40,138 nucleotides of DNA from a virus (taxonomy: Duplodnaviria; Heunggongvirae; Uroviricota; Caudoviricetes), in IMG/VR virus record IMGVR_UViG_2896601577_000009; one strand, 5' to 3'. The first letter of the stretch is position 1. Every line of letters starts with the position of its first letter. The notes under the pieces were generated by a model. The model had not been told where the DNA came from. It did no database searches and saw only the letters and a list, made by a program, of their open reading frames with translations. A program made the position numbers and the translations under genes. Positions 19,798 through 28,113 of this stretch are shown piece by piece.

Positions 19798-19921
19798 AAA
19801 AAGAACAAATGGTAGTGTCCGCTATTGCCAGTACACCTCAGCTGTCCGATTATCTGATGGAAACTGCCGGAAACGTACCGGATAAGTTGCAGCCGAATAA
19901 AGATAAGTAACGTAGTACGCT

Positions 19922-20203
19922 ATGACTGAATCCGAAATACTGCGATTAATCCGCCGTGCTTGTGGAATCAGCAAGCAGCATGACGAACAGGCCACGCAGC
20001 CGGACAGCGTGACCGCAGATAATTATGTGCGTGTAGTGGCTGAGGTGATGCGCCGTGACGGTATTGAGCTTAACGGCGTGGATATGCGCAACATACGAAC
20101 AAGAGTCCTTGAGTTGCTGGCATATCGTCGCCGTTCTCAACAACGGAGGGAGAGCGCGAAAAATACTTACCAGTGGAAGAAGCCGGAACGATTGCGGCGG
20201 TAA
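19922..20203 (+). CDS. Hypothetical protein (93 aa)
   Basis: MTESEILRLIRRACGISKQHDEQATQPDSVTADNYVRVVAEVMRRDGIELNGVDMRNIRTRVLELLAYRRRSQQ...; balanced composition, no recognised motif. A short in-frame gene tail ending ...NVPDKLQPNKDK precedes it directly after the IS600 end. Confidence 0.3.
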   Translation: MTESEILRLIRRACGISKQHDEQATQPDSVTADNYVRVVAEVMRRDGIELNGVDMRNIRTRVLELLAYRRRSQQRRESAKNTYQWKKPERLRR

Positions 20204-20217
20204 CTTGCTGATATTCC

Positions 20218-20600
20218 CGATAACGCAAAATTGCGCTGGCTGACTTGTTGCATTGCAAAAAGTTAAGCAGGAAGGCACGGCCTGTAAGATGGGATGCAGT
20301 AAGTAGTTCAAGGCTACCTTGTGCTGGCACGCACAGTTAAGCCGTCGGTGCTGGATATCCCCCACTGGGGGAAAAGCTGGCTACATCCCTCACATCTGAG
20401 GACTGATAACGCGACATTGCGCTGGCTGGCAAAGTGCAAAATTGCACGATGGCCTAACCCATTGATTATTTCGAAAACCTGCAATGCAGGAAATCGGGGA
20501 AGTAAGCCTAAGCTATTGATTGTTTCGAAACCCCCCATTGGGGGATGTCGGGAAAGTAAGACTAACCCATTGATTCTTCCACAATCCTCAATTTGAGGAG
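20218..20600. repeat. Array of imperfect direct repeats, each carrying a different short palindrome
   Basis: A box GATAACGC(A/G)A(A/C)ATTGCGCTGGCTG occurs at about 20218 and 20401. Three ~54-bp units (about 20460-20620) share ATTGATT-TTTCGAAA-CC / palindrome / -TCGGG-AAGTAAG-CTAA. The palindromes differ between units with compensatory changes: TTGCATTGCAA, CCCCCACTGGGGG, CCTCACATCTGAGG, GTGCAAAATTGCAC, CCTGCAATGCAGG, CCCCCCATTGGGGG, CCTCAATTTGAGG. Confidence 0.6.
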
Positions 20601-21005
20601 GCCGGAACGTCTACATAGCTGCATCGCCGTAATGATGATTCAGCCCACCAGCCAAATCAGCACAGCAACGACAGAATAGCCCGACACAGAAAAACCACGA
20701 ATATGGGGTTTTTGTTATGACATGGTCATGATGACCACTCATACAAAACAGGTAAAGCCCACCAGCCTGATTAAAAAAGCCTGGTATCCAATCTCGATAT
20801 GGGGATCCCTATATCGACATTAACGCCCACTAAAACTGTGCATATATGCATAGAAAAAGCATCCACCAGCTTTATGACGGATGCCGCTCATCTTATAAAT
20901 AATCGTGTATTGCAGTGTGTATTGCGACTCCTTTAAACGATAGGTCTGAGCATTCGTAATGTACTGTTTTTAAATTTTATTTTTTCCTGTCTTTTCATAA
21001 AGGCG

Positions 21006-21779
21006 ATGTATGCAGCGACGATTGAAAGTGACCTTGATACCGAAAAGGCCTTTGAATATATCGCCGGTGCGCCGCAGGGGCAGAAGGATAATCCGCTTAT
21101 TAATATTCTGGATAAGTTCTCCACCTGGTATGACACGAATAGCGTGATGCTGGGCGGTGTCAAAATTCCGCACCTTTTCCCCGGTGATGATCTGAAACTT
21201 CAGACCGCGCAGGATTCAGACAATGGATTTTCGGCGCTTGAACAGGCGCTGCTGCGGTATATCGCCGCCGGTCTTGGCGTTTCCTACGAACAGTTGTCCC
21301 GTGATTACTCGAAGGTCAGTTACTCAAGTGCCCGCGCATCCGCCAATGAGTCGTGGCGCTATTTTATGGGGCGGCGAAAATTTATTGCGTCCCGGCTGGC
21401 CACGCAGATGTTTTCCTGCTGGCTGGAAGAGGCACTTCTTCGGGGGATTATTCGTCCGCCACGGGCACGGTTTGATTTTTATCAGGCGCGATCAGCCTGG
21501 TCACGGGCTGAGTGGATTGGAGCCGGAAGAATGGCCATTGACGGGCTCAAGGAGGTTCAGGAATCAGTGATGCGCATTGAGGCCGGACTGAGCACGTATG
21601 AGAAAGAGCTGGCGCTGATGGGCGAGGATTATCAGGACATTTTCTGCCAGCAGGTCAGGGAATCTGCAGAGCGGGAAAAAGCCGGACTCTCACGTCCGGT
21701 GTGGATAGCGCAGGCGTATCAGCAGCAGATAGCGGAGAGTCGCAGGCCGGAAGAGGAGACAACACCACGTGAGACGTAA
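21006..21779 (+). pseudogene. B: Portal protein (lambda B-like), C-terminal half only
   Basis: 257-aa ORF matching the C-terminal region of lambda-type portal proteins. Upstream is AT-rich non-coding DNA, so the N-terminal half is absent. Confidence 0.75.
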
Positions 21780-23274
21780 TCTTTCACACATTATTGCAGC
21801 AGCATTCAATGAACCGCTGCTTCTGGAGCCCGCCTATGCGCGGGTTTTCTTTTGCGCGCTGGGGCGCGAGATGGGGGCAGCAAGTCTTTCGGTACCGCAA
21901 CAGCAGGTACAGCTTGATGCTCCCGGGATGCTGGCTGAAACGGACGAGTACATGGCCGGAGGTAAACGACCGGCCCGTGTTTACCGGGTGGTGAACGGTA
22001 TTGCGGTACTGCCGGTGACCGGCACGCTGGTGCACCGGCTGGGGGGGATGCGGCCATTTTCCGGAATGACTGGCTATGACGGCATTGTCACCTGTCTTCA
22101 GCAGGCAATGGCAGATAGCCAGGTGCGGGGCATACTGCTGGACATTGACAGTCCGGGCGGGCAGGCCGCCGGCGTGTTTGACTGCGCTGACATGATTTAC
22201 CGCCTCCGGCAGCAGAAGCCGGTCTGGGCACTGTGTAATGACACGGCCTGTTCTGCGGCCATGCTGCTGGCGTCGGCCTGCTCCCGACGGCTGGTTACCC
22301 AGACATCCCGTATCGGTTCCATTGGCGTGATGATGAGCCATGTCAGCTATGCCGGTCATCTGGCGCAGGCCGGTGTGGATATCACGCTGATTTACTCAGG
22401 GGCGCACAAGGTGGATGGCAATCAGTTTGAAGCGTTGCCGGCAGAGGTTCGCCAGGACATGCAGCAGCGGATTGATGCGGCGCGCCGGATGTTTGCCGAA
22501 AAAGTGGCGATGTTTACCGGTCTGTCTGTTGATGCAGTCACGGGAACAGAGGCCGCTGTTTTTGAAGGTCAGTCCGGCATTGAGGCCGGGCTGGCGGATG
22601 AATTAATCAATGCGTCGGATGCCATCAGTGTGATGGCCACGGCGCTGAACAGTAATGTCAGAGGAGGCACTATGCCGCAATTAACTGCAACGGAAGCCGC
22701 CGTGCAGGAGAACCAGCGAGTGATGGGGATCCTGACATGCCAGGAAGCGAAAGGACGTGAACAGCTTGCCACGATGCTGGCAGGGCAACAGGGCATGAGC
22801 GTTGAACAGGCCCGGGCGATTCTGGCCGCGGCGGCACCGCAGCAGCCGGTGGCATCCGCGCAGAGTGAAGCCGATCGCATTATGGCGTGTGAAGAAGCGA
22901 ACGGTCGTGAACAACTGGCGGCAACGCTGGCGGCGATGCCGGAGATGACGGTGGAAAAAGCCCGCCCGATCCTGGCGGCTGCACCACTGGCGGATGCCGG
23001 GCCCTCACTTCGTGATCAGATCATGGCCCTGGATGAGGCAAAAGGGGCAGAAGCGCAGGCTGAAAAACTGGCGGCCTGCCCGGGAATGACCGTGGAGAAC
23101 GCCCGGGCGGTGCTGGCTGCGGGATCAGGTAAGGCCGAACCGGTCTCTGCATCCACAACCGCCCTGTTTGAACATTTCATGGCGAATCATTCACCGGCAG
23201 CGGTGCGGGGTGGCGTGTCACAGACGTCAGCAGACGGTGATGCGGACGTGAAAATGCTCATGGCCATGCCATGA
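21769..23274 (+). CDS. C: Head maturation protease/scaffold (lambda C with nested Nu3-like region; S49/ClpP-type peptidase)
   Basis: 501 aa with a peptidase core (...GILLDIDSPGGQAAG...) and a C-terminus built of repeated Ala-rich scaffold-like segments. Confidence 0.85.
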   Translation: MRRNLSHIIAAAFNEPLLLEPAYARVFFCALGREMGAASLSVPQQQVQLDAPGMLAETDEYMAGGKRPARVYRVVNGIAVLPVTGTLVHRLGGMRPFSGMTGYDGIVTCLQQAMADSQVRGILLDIDSPGGQAAGVFDCADMIYRLRQQKPVWALCNDTACSAAMLLASACSRRLVTQTSRIGSIGVMMSHVSYAGHLAQAGVDITLIYSGAHKVDGNQFEALPAEVRQDMQQRIDAARRMFAEKVAMFTGLSVDAVTGTEAAVFEGQSGIEAGLADELINASDAISVMATALNSNVRGGTMPQLTATEAAVQENQRVMGILTCQEAKGREQLATMLAGQQGMSVEQARAILAAAAPQQPVASAQSEADRIMACEEANGREQLAATLAAMPEMTVEKARPILAAAPLADAGPSLRDQIMALDEAKGAEAQAEKLAACPGMTVENARAVLAAGSGKAEPVSASTTALFEHFMANHSPAAVRGGVSQTSADGDADVKMLMAMP

Positions 23275-23310
23275 AGTCAGTGCTGACCATCAATATGAGG
23301 TTTTAACAAA

Positions 23311-23658
23311 ATGGTGACGAAAACCATCACTGAACAGCGTGCGGAAGTACGTATTTTTGCCGGTAATGATCCGGCTCACACCGCCACAGGCAGCAGCGGG
23401 ATTTCCTCGGCAACACCGGCTCTGACGCCCCTGATGCTGGATGAAGCCACCGGGAAACTGGTGGTCTGGGATGGACAGAAAGCCGGTAGTGCGGTTGGCA
23501 TACTGGTACTGCCGCTTGAAGGCACAGAGACGGTGCTGACCTATTACAAGTCGGGGACCTTTGCGACGGAGGCAATCCGCTGGCCTGACAGTGTGGATGA
23601 ACACAAAAAGGCAAATGCCTTTGCCGGCACAGCCCTGAGTCACGCGGCGCTGCCGTAA
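23311..23658 (+). CDS. D: Head decoration protein (lambda D-like)
   Basis: 115 aa, ...DPAHTATGSSGISSATPALTPLMLDEATGKLVVWDG...YYKSGTF..., closely resembling lambda gpD. Confidence 0.85.
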   Translation: MVTKTITEQRAEVRIFAGNDPAHTATGSSGISSATPALTPLMLDEATGKLVVWDGQKAGSAVGILVLPLEGTETVLTYYKSGTFATEAIRWPDSVDEHKKANAFAGTALSHAALP

Positions 23659-23715
23659 CACGTTATCAGGCCACCATGGTGGCCTGACTGATTTCTGAAT
23701 GAAAGGAACTGATTT

Positions 23716-24744
23716 ATGGGATTGTTTACGACCCGCCAGTTACTCGGTTATACCGAACAAAAAGTGAAATTCCGTGCGCTGTTTCTGGAGCTGTTTTTCC
23801 GCCGTACGGTGAATTTCCACACCGAAGAGGTGATGCTGGACAAAATTACCGGAAAAACGCCGGTGGCGGCCTATGTCTCCCCGATCGTTGAAGGAAAAGT
23901 GCTTCGCCATCGCGGTGGTGAAACCCGCGTGTTACGTCCGGGCTACGTCAAGCCGAAACACGAATTTAATTACCAGCAGGCGGTTGAGCGCCTTCCTGGT
24001 GAAGATCCGGCTCAGCTGAACGACCCGGCCTACCGTCGTCTGCGTATCATTACCGATAACCTCAAACAGGAAGAGCACGCCATTGTCCAGGTGGAAGAAA
24101 TGCAGGCGGTGAATGCCGTGCTGTATGGCAAATACACCATGGAAGGGGATCAGTTTGATACTGTCGAGGTGGATTTCGGGCGCTCTGAAGGAAATAACAT
24201 TGAGCAGGCTGACGGTAAAAAATGGTCTGAGCAGGACCGTGATACGTTTGATCCGACGCATGATATTGACCTCTACTGCGATCAGGCCAGCGGCCTTGTG
24301 AATATCGCCATTATGGACGGTACGGTCTGGCGTCTGCTGAATGGCTTTAAGCTGTTCCGCGAAAAACTGGATACCCGTCGCGGCTCAAATTCACAACTCG
24401 AAACGGCAGTGAAAGACCTGGGGGCGGTGGTGTCCTTCAAGGGGTATTACGGCGATCTGGCCATTGTGGTGGCGAAAACGTCTTATGTGGCAGAGGACGG
24501 TACCGAAAAACGTTATCTGCCGGAGGGCACACTGGTCCTGGGGAATACGGCAGCAGAGGGCATTCGTTGCTATGGTGCCATTCAGGATGCGCAGGCGTTG
24601 TCCGAAGGTGTGGTGGCCTCTTCCCGTTATCCGAAACACTGGCTGACTGTGGGCGATCCGGCCCGTGAATTCACCATGACGCAGTCCGCACCGCTGATGG
24701 TGCTGCCGGATCCGGATGAGTTTGTGGTGGTACAGGTGAAATAA
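23716..24744 (+). CDS. E: Major capsid protein (lambda E-like)
   Basis: 342 aa, ...YVSPIVEGKVLRHRGGE...PGYVKPKHEFN...DPAYRR...KLDTRRGSNS...AVKDLG..., with lambda gpE signature regions. Confidence 0.9.
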   Translation: MGLFTTRQLLGYTEQKVKFRALFLELFFRRTVNFHTEEVMLDKITGKTPVAAYVSPIVEGKVLRHRGGETRVLRPGYVKPKHEFNYQQAVERLPGEDPAQLNDPAYRRLRIITDNLKQEEHAIVQVEEMQAVNAVLYGKYTMEGDQFDTVEVDFGRSEGNNIEQADGKKWSEQDRDTFDPTHDIDLYCDQASGLVNIAIMDGTVWRLLNGFKLFREKLDTRRGSNSQLETAVKDLGAVVSFKGYYGDLAIVVAKTSYVAEDGTEKRYLPEGTLVLGNTAAEGIRCYGAIQDAQALSEGVVASSRYPKHWLTVGDPAREFTMTQSAPLMVLPDPDEFVVVQVK

Positions 24745-24795
24745 TCCGTGAGCGGGGGCGAAATGCCCCCGTGTCTTTTTTCACAGGAGGCTGAG

Positions 24796-25179
24796 ATGGC
24801 AACAAAAGAAGAAAATCTGAATCGTCTTCGTCAACTGGCTGGCCTGCTGGGGCGCGAGGCGGATATGTCGGGGAGTGCTGCGGATATTGCTCAACGTGTG
24901 TCTGAGTGGGAAGAGGAGCTTGCTGTTTCCCCGGAGGGCATTATGCACTCTGATGAGAGCGGGGCTGATCAAAATCACACAGACGATGGTGAGCAGTTGA
25001 ACAACACGGATGCTACGGATGATGTTAAAGCGGTCCGTGTGCGGAAATGCCTGCATGTGATGGGGTATTGCCCGGAGACAGGCCGTCCCGTTGAACTGAC
25101 GTACCGGGGCATGCGTGTTATGGTGCCATCACCACTGGCGACAGCCATGATACAGCACGGAACGGCTGAGCATGCGTGA
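24796..25179 (+). CDS. DNA packaging protein FI-like
   Basis: Position between E and FII; acidic 127-aa product starting MATKEENLNRLRQ with RBS AGGAGG upstream. Confidence 0.65.
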   Translation: MATKEENLNRLRQLAGLLGREADMSGSAADIAQRVSEWEEELAVSPEGIMHSDESGADQNHTDDGEQLNNTDATDDVKAVRVRKCLHVMGYCPETGRPVELTYRGMRVMVPSPLATAMIQHGTAEHA

Positions 25180-25525
25180 TTTTCAGAATGCCTTTGATGC
25201 TGCCCTTGCCGGGGTGGACAGCACGATTGTTGAAGTGATGGGGCTCTGTGCGCAGTTCACCTCGGGAGCACAGCGTGGAAGCGAAGTTCAGGGGGTTTTT
25301 GACGATCCGGAGTCGCTGGGTTTTGCCGGTGGCGGGGTCCGTATTGAAGGAAGCAGCCCGTCATTATTTGTGCGGACGGATACGGTGCGTGCCGTGCGGC
25401 GTGGTGACACGCTGACCATTAACGGCGAGATGTTCTGGGTGGATCGTATTTCTCCGGATGACGGGGGAAGCTGTTATCTCTGGCTCAACCGTGGGCAACC
25501 ACCCGCTGTTAACCGGCGACGATAA
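25172..25525 (+). CDS. Head-tail connector (lambda FII-like)
   Basis: 117 aa, ...GVFDDPESLGFAGGGVRIEGSSPSLFVRTD...RRGDTLTI...FWVDR.SPDDGGSC.LWL.RG.PPAVNRRR, as in lambda gpFII. Confidence 0.85.
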   Translation: MRDFQNAFDAALAGVDSTIVEVMGLCAQFTSGAQRGSEVQGVFDDPESLGFAGGGVRIEGSSPSLFVRTDTVRAVRRGDTLTINGEMFWVDRISPDDGGSCYLWLNRGQPPAVNRRR

Positions 25526-25540
25526 ACGCAGGGTGAAATT

Positions 25541-26116
25541 ATGGCGATAAAAGGGCTTGATCAGGCGATTGATAATCTGAGCCGGGTTCGTAAAAACGCC
25601 ATTCCGGCGGCTTCAGCAATGACGATTAACCGCGTGGCCACAACGGCGATTAATCAGTCTTCGTCACAGGTTGCCCGGGAAACCAGGGTGAGACGGAAAC
25701 TGGTAAAGGAACGGTCCAGACTGAAACGGGCGACGGTCAGAAATCCGAATGCCAGAATTATCGTTAACCGCGGTGATCTCCCTGTGATTAAGTTGGGGAT
25801 CAGAATGCTGGGACGTCGTCCGAACAGCATACTCAAAGCCGGTCAGCATCGTTATCAGCGGGCATTTATCCAGCGATTAAATAATGGGCGCTGGCATGTT
25901 ATGCAACGTCTTCCCCAGGCCAGATATGAGGAGGGCAATGACGACAAGGGAAGGAAAAAGCGTAATCGCCTTCCCATTCAGGTGGTGAAAATCCCGATGG
26001 CGGCCCCACTGAAACAGGCATTTGATGAGAATGTTGACCGTATCCGGCGTGAACGCCTGCCTAAAGAACTGGCATACGCGCTGAAACAACAACTGAGGAT
26101 TGCGATAAAACGATGA
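25541..26116 (+). CDS. Z: Tail completion protein (lambda Z-like)
   Basis: 191 aa, position and length as lambda gpZ. Confidence 0.8.
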   Translation: MAIKGLDQAIDNLSRVRKNAIPAASAMTINRVATTAINQSSSQVARETRVRRKLVKERSRLKRATVRNPNARIIVNRGDLPVIKLGIRMLGRRPNSILKAGQHRYQRAFIQRLNNGRWHVMQRLPQARYEEGNDDKGRKKRNRLPIQVVKIPMAAPLKQAFDENVDRIRRERLPKELAYALKQQLRIAIKR

Positions 26117-26508
26117 AACACACTGACATTCGTGCCGCAGTGCTGGATGCACTCGAGCAGCATGAACACGGGGCGACGCTGTTTGATGGTCGCCCCGTTG
26201 TTTTTGACGAAGAGGATTTTCCTGCGATCGCGGTTTATCTGACGGATGCAGAGTATACCGGTGAAGAGCTGGATGCAGATACCTGGCGGGCCACGCTGCA
26301 TATTGAGGTGTTTTTACCGGCACAGGTACCGGATTCAGAGCTTGATCAGTGGATGGAAAGCCGGATTTACCCGGCGATGACTGCGATCCCGGCACTGGCA
26401 GGACTGATTACCACGATGGTTACGCAGGGCTATGAGTATCGTCGTGATGACGATATGGCGTTATGGAGTTCTGCAGATCTGACTTATTCCATTACATACG
26501 AGATGTGA
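26113..26508 (+). CDS. U: Tail terminator protein (lambda U-like)
   Basis: 131 aa, position and length as lambda gpU. Confidence 0.8.
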   Translation: MKHTDIRAAVLDALEQHEHGATLFDGRPVVFDEEDFPAIAVYLTDAEYTGEELDADTWRATLHIEVFLPAQVPDSELDQWMESRIYPAMTAIPALAGLITTMVTQGYEYRRDDDMALWSSADLTYSITYEM

Positions 26509-26515
26509 GGACGAT

Positions 26516-27268
26516 ATGGCAACACCAAATCCCCTTGAGCCGGTAAAAGGTGCCGGTACCACTCTGTGGGTTTACAACGGCAAGGGTGATGCTTATGCAA
26601 ACCCGTTGTCAGACGATGACTGGCAGCGACTGGCTAAGGTGAAGGATCTGACGCCGGGCGAGATGACGGCAGAATCCTACGATGATAACTACCTGGATGA
26701 TGAAGACGCGGACTGGAACGCGACCGGGCAGGGGCAGAAATCTGCAGGTGATACCAGTTTTACGCTGGCCTGGAAACCGGGAGAGGAAGGCCAGAAAGGG
26801 CTTATAGGCTGGTTTGAAAGCGGCGATGTCCGGGCCTATAAAATCCGTTTTCCGAATGGCACGGTGGATGTGTTTCGTGGCTGGGTCAGCAGTATCGGTA
26901 AGGCCGTGACGGCGAAAGAAGTGATCACCCGCACGGTGAAAGTCACTAACGTGGGTAAACCTTCTGTAGCGGAAGAACGCAGCAAAATTACGCCGGTCAG
27001 TGCGATTAAGGTGACGCCGACATCCGGTACGGTGGCAAAAGGGAAAACAACCACCCTGACGGTTTCTTTTGAGCCGGAAAGTGCAACCGACAAGACGTTC
27101 AGAGCGGTTTCCGCCGATCCGTCGAAAGCCACCATTAGTGTGAAAGATATGACAATTACGGTAAACGGCGTGGCGACAGGTAAGGTGCAGATCCTTGTGG
27201 TGAGCGGAAATGGTCAGTTCGCCGCAGTGGCTGAAGTCACCGTTACTGAAGCGGGCGCTGCAGGGTAA
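26516..27268 (+). CDS. V: Major tail protein (lambda V-like) with C-terminal Ig-like domain
   Basis: 250 aa, [20 protein letters not shown]..., C-terminal Big_2-like region. Confidence 0.85.
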   Translation: MATPNPLEPVKGAGTTLWVYNGKGDAYANPLSDDDWQRLAKVKDLTPGEMTAESYDDNYLDDEDADWNATGQGQKSAGDTSFTLAWKPGEEGQKGLIGWFESGDVRAYKIRFPNGTVDVFRGWVSSIGKAVTAKEVITRTVKVTNVGKPSVAEERSKITPVSAIKVTPTSGTVAKGKTTTLTVSFEPESATDKTFRAVSADPSKATISVKDMTITVNGVATGKVQILVVSGNGQFAAVAEVTVTEAGAAG

Positions 27269-27281
27269 ACGGAGGTAATAC

Positions 27282-27675
27282 ATGTTTCTGAAAACAGAAC
27301 AATTTGAATATAACGGTGTGTCTGTCACGCTTTCCGAATTGTCTGCGCTGCAGCGGTTTGATTATATAAAGTTTGTTTCAGACGCAGAACAACAGGAGAC
27401 AACGAAGCATGATGTCGTGCACATTAACCAGCGATATCTGGAAACGGCATCCCTGCTTGTGGCGATGTCGCTATGGCATACCCATTCCCTCAAAGGCACT
27501 CTGGCCTCTCCGGAGACAGAGATGCAGCAGATCCGCCGTGAAGTGATGCTGGGATGGCCTGCTGATGCACTGAATCAGGCAACGAACCGGGTGCTTTATC
27601 TTTCAGGTATGCTGGATAACCGGCACGATGCCGATCCTGAACAAACCGGGAAAGCAGAAGCGACTGAGCCGGTAA
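27282..27675 (+). CDS. G: Tail assembly chaperone G-like; reading frame inconsistent with the downstream slippery site (possible frameshift lesion)
   Basis: N-terminus MFLKTEQFEYNGVSVTLSELSALQR is G-like. A lambda-type slippery heptamer G-GGA-AAG at 27648-27654 is followed by a stop 6 codons later (27673-27675), but it lies in the +1 frame relative to the G start; the start frame itself stays open to 27905. Confidence 0.45.
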
Positions 27676-27699
27676 CTTGTCCTGAAACTGGCGCGAGAG

Positions 27700-28113
27700 A
27701 TGGGGAGACCCGACTGGCGCGCCATGCTTGCCGGGATGACATCCACCGAATATGCCGACTGGCGACGTTTTTACTGCACGCATTATTTTCAGGATACCCA
27801 ACTGGACGCTCATTTTTCCGGGCTGATGTACGCCGTACTCAGCCTGTTTTTTGGCGATCCGGATATGCATCCGGCGGATTTCAGTCTGCTTGCTCCAGCG
27901 TGTGAGGAAGAGCAGACGGAGATGCCGGACGAGGAAGAAATGCTGATGCAGAAAGCGACAGGAGTTGCCGGAGGCGTCCGGTTCGGAGGGGACGGAGGGC
28001 GCGATATTTCACCTTCTGCGAATGTGGTGGATGTCAGCGAGGATGATGTTGCATTAATGATGGCTTCAGCGGGGATTTCCGGAGGTGTGAGATATGTCCC
28101 AGCCAGCGGGTGA
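27700..28113 (+). CDS. T: Tail assembly protein T-like region (normally expressed as a G-T fusion by -1 frameshifting)
   Basis: ...PDWRAMLAGMTSTEYADWRRFY...LSLFFGDPDMHP...GGVRFG... is T-like, but in a frame that does not fit a simple -1 slip from the heptamer. A GGGG run at 27702-27705 is a plausible indel site. Confidence 0.5.
   Translation: MGRPDWRAMLAGMTSTEYADWRRFYCTHYFQDTQLDAHFSGLMYAVLSLFFGDPDMHPADFSLLAPACEEEQTEMPDEEEMLMQKATGVAGGVRFGGDGGRDISPSANVVDVSEDDVALMMASAGISGGVRYVPASG

Larger units (their letters stand above)
18577..19839 (+). mobile_element. IS600 (IS3 family), copy 2, intact (about 1263 bp)
   Basis: Same ends as copy 1; intact orfA and orfB. Confidence 0.85.

Noticed and set aside
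20400-20620. Possible CRISPR array or tRNA genes in the repeat region
   Set aside because: The conserved part is the flank and the variable part is a short 11-14 bp palindrome, the opposite of CRISPR repeat/spacer logic. Hairpin loops of 2-4 nt and absence of an acceptor/T-arm layout argue against tRNAs.
21784-23661. Minus-strand ORFs overlapping C and D (up to 191 aa)
   Set aside because: GC-rich antisense frames within well-supported phage head genes; Arg/Pro-rich compositions typical of spurious ORFs.
27282-27905. Continuous 207-aa G ORF as the true gene product
   Set aside because: Beyond about residue 130 the translation is an out-of-frame reading of T-like sequence; the lambda-type slippery site and stop lie in another frame.
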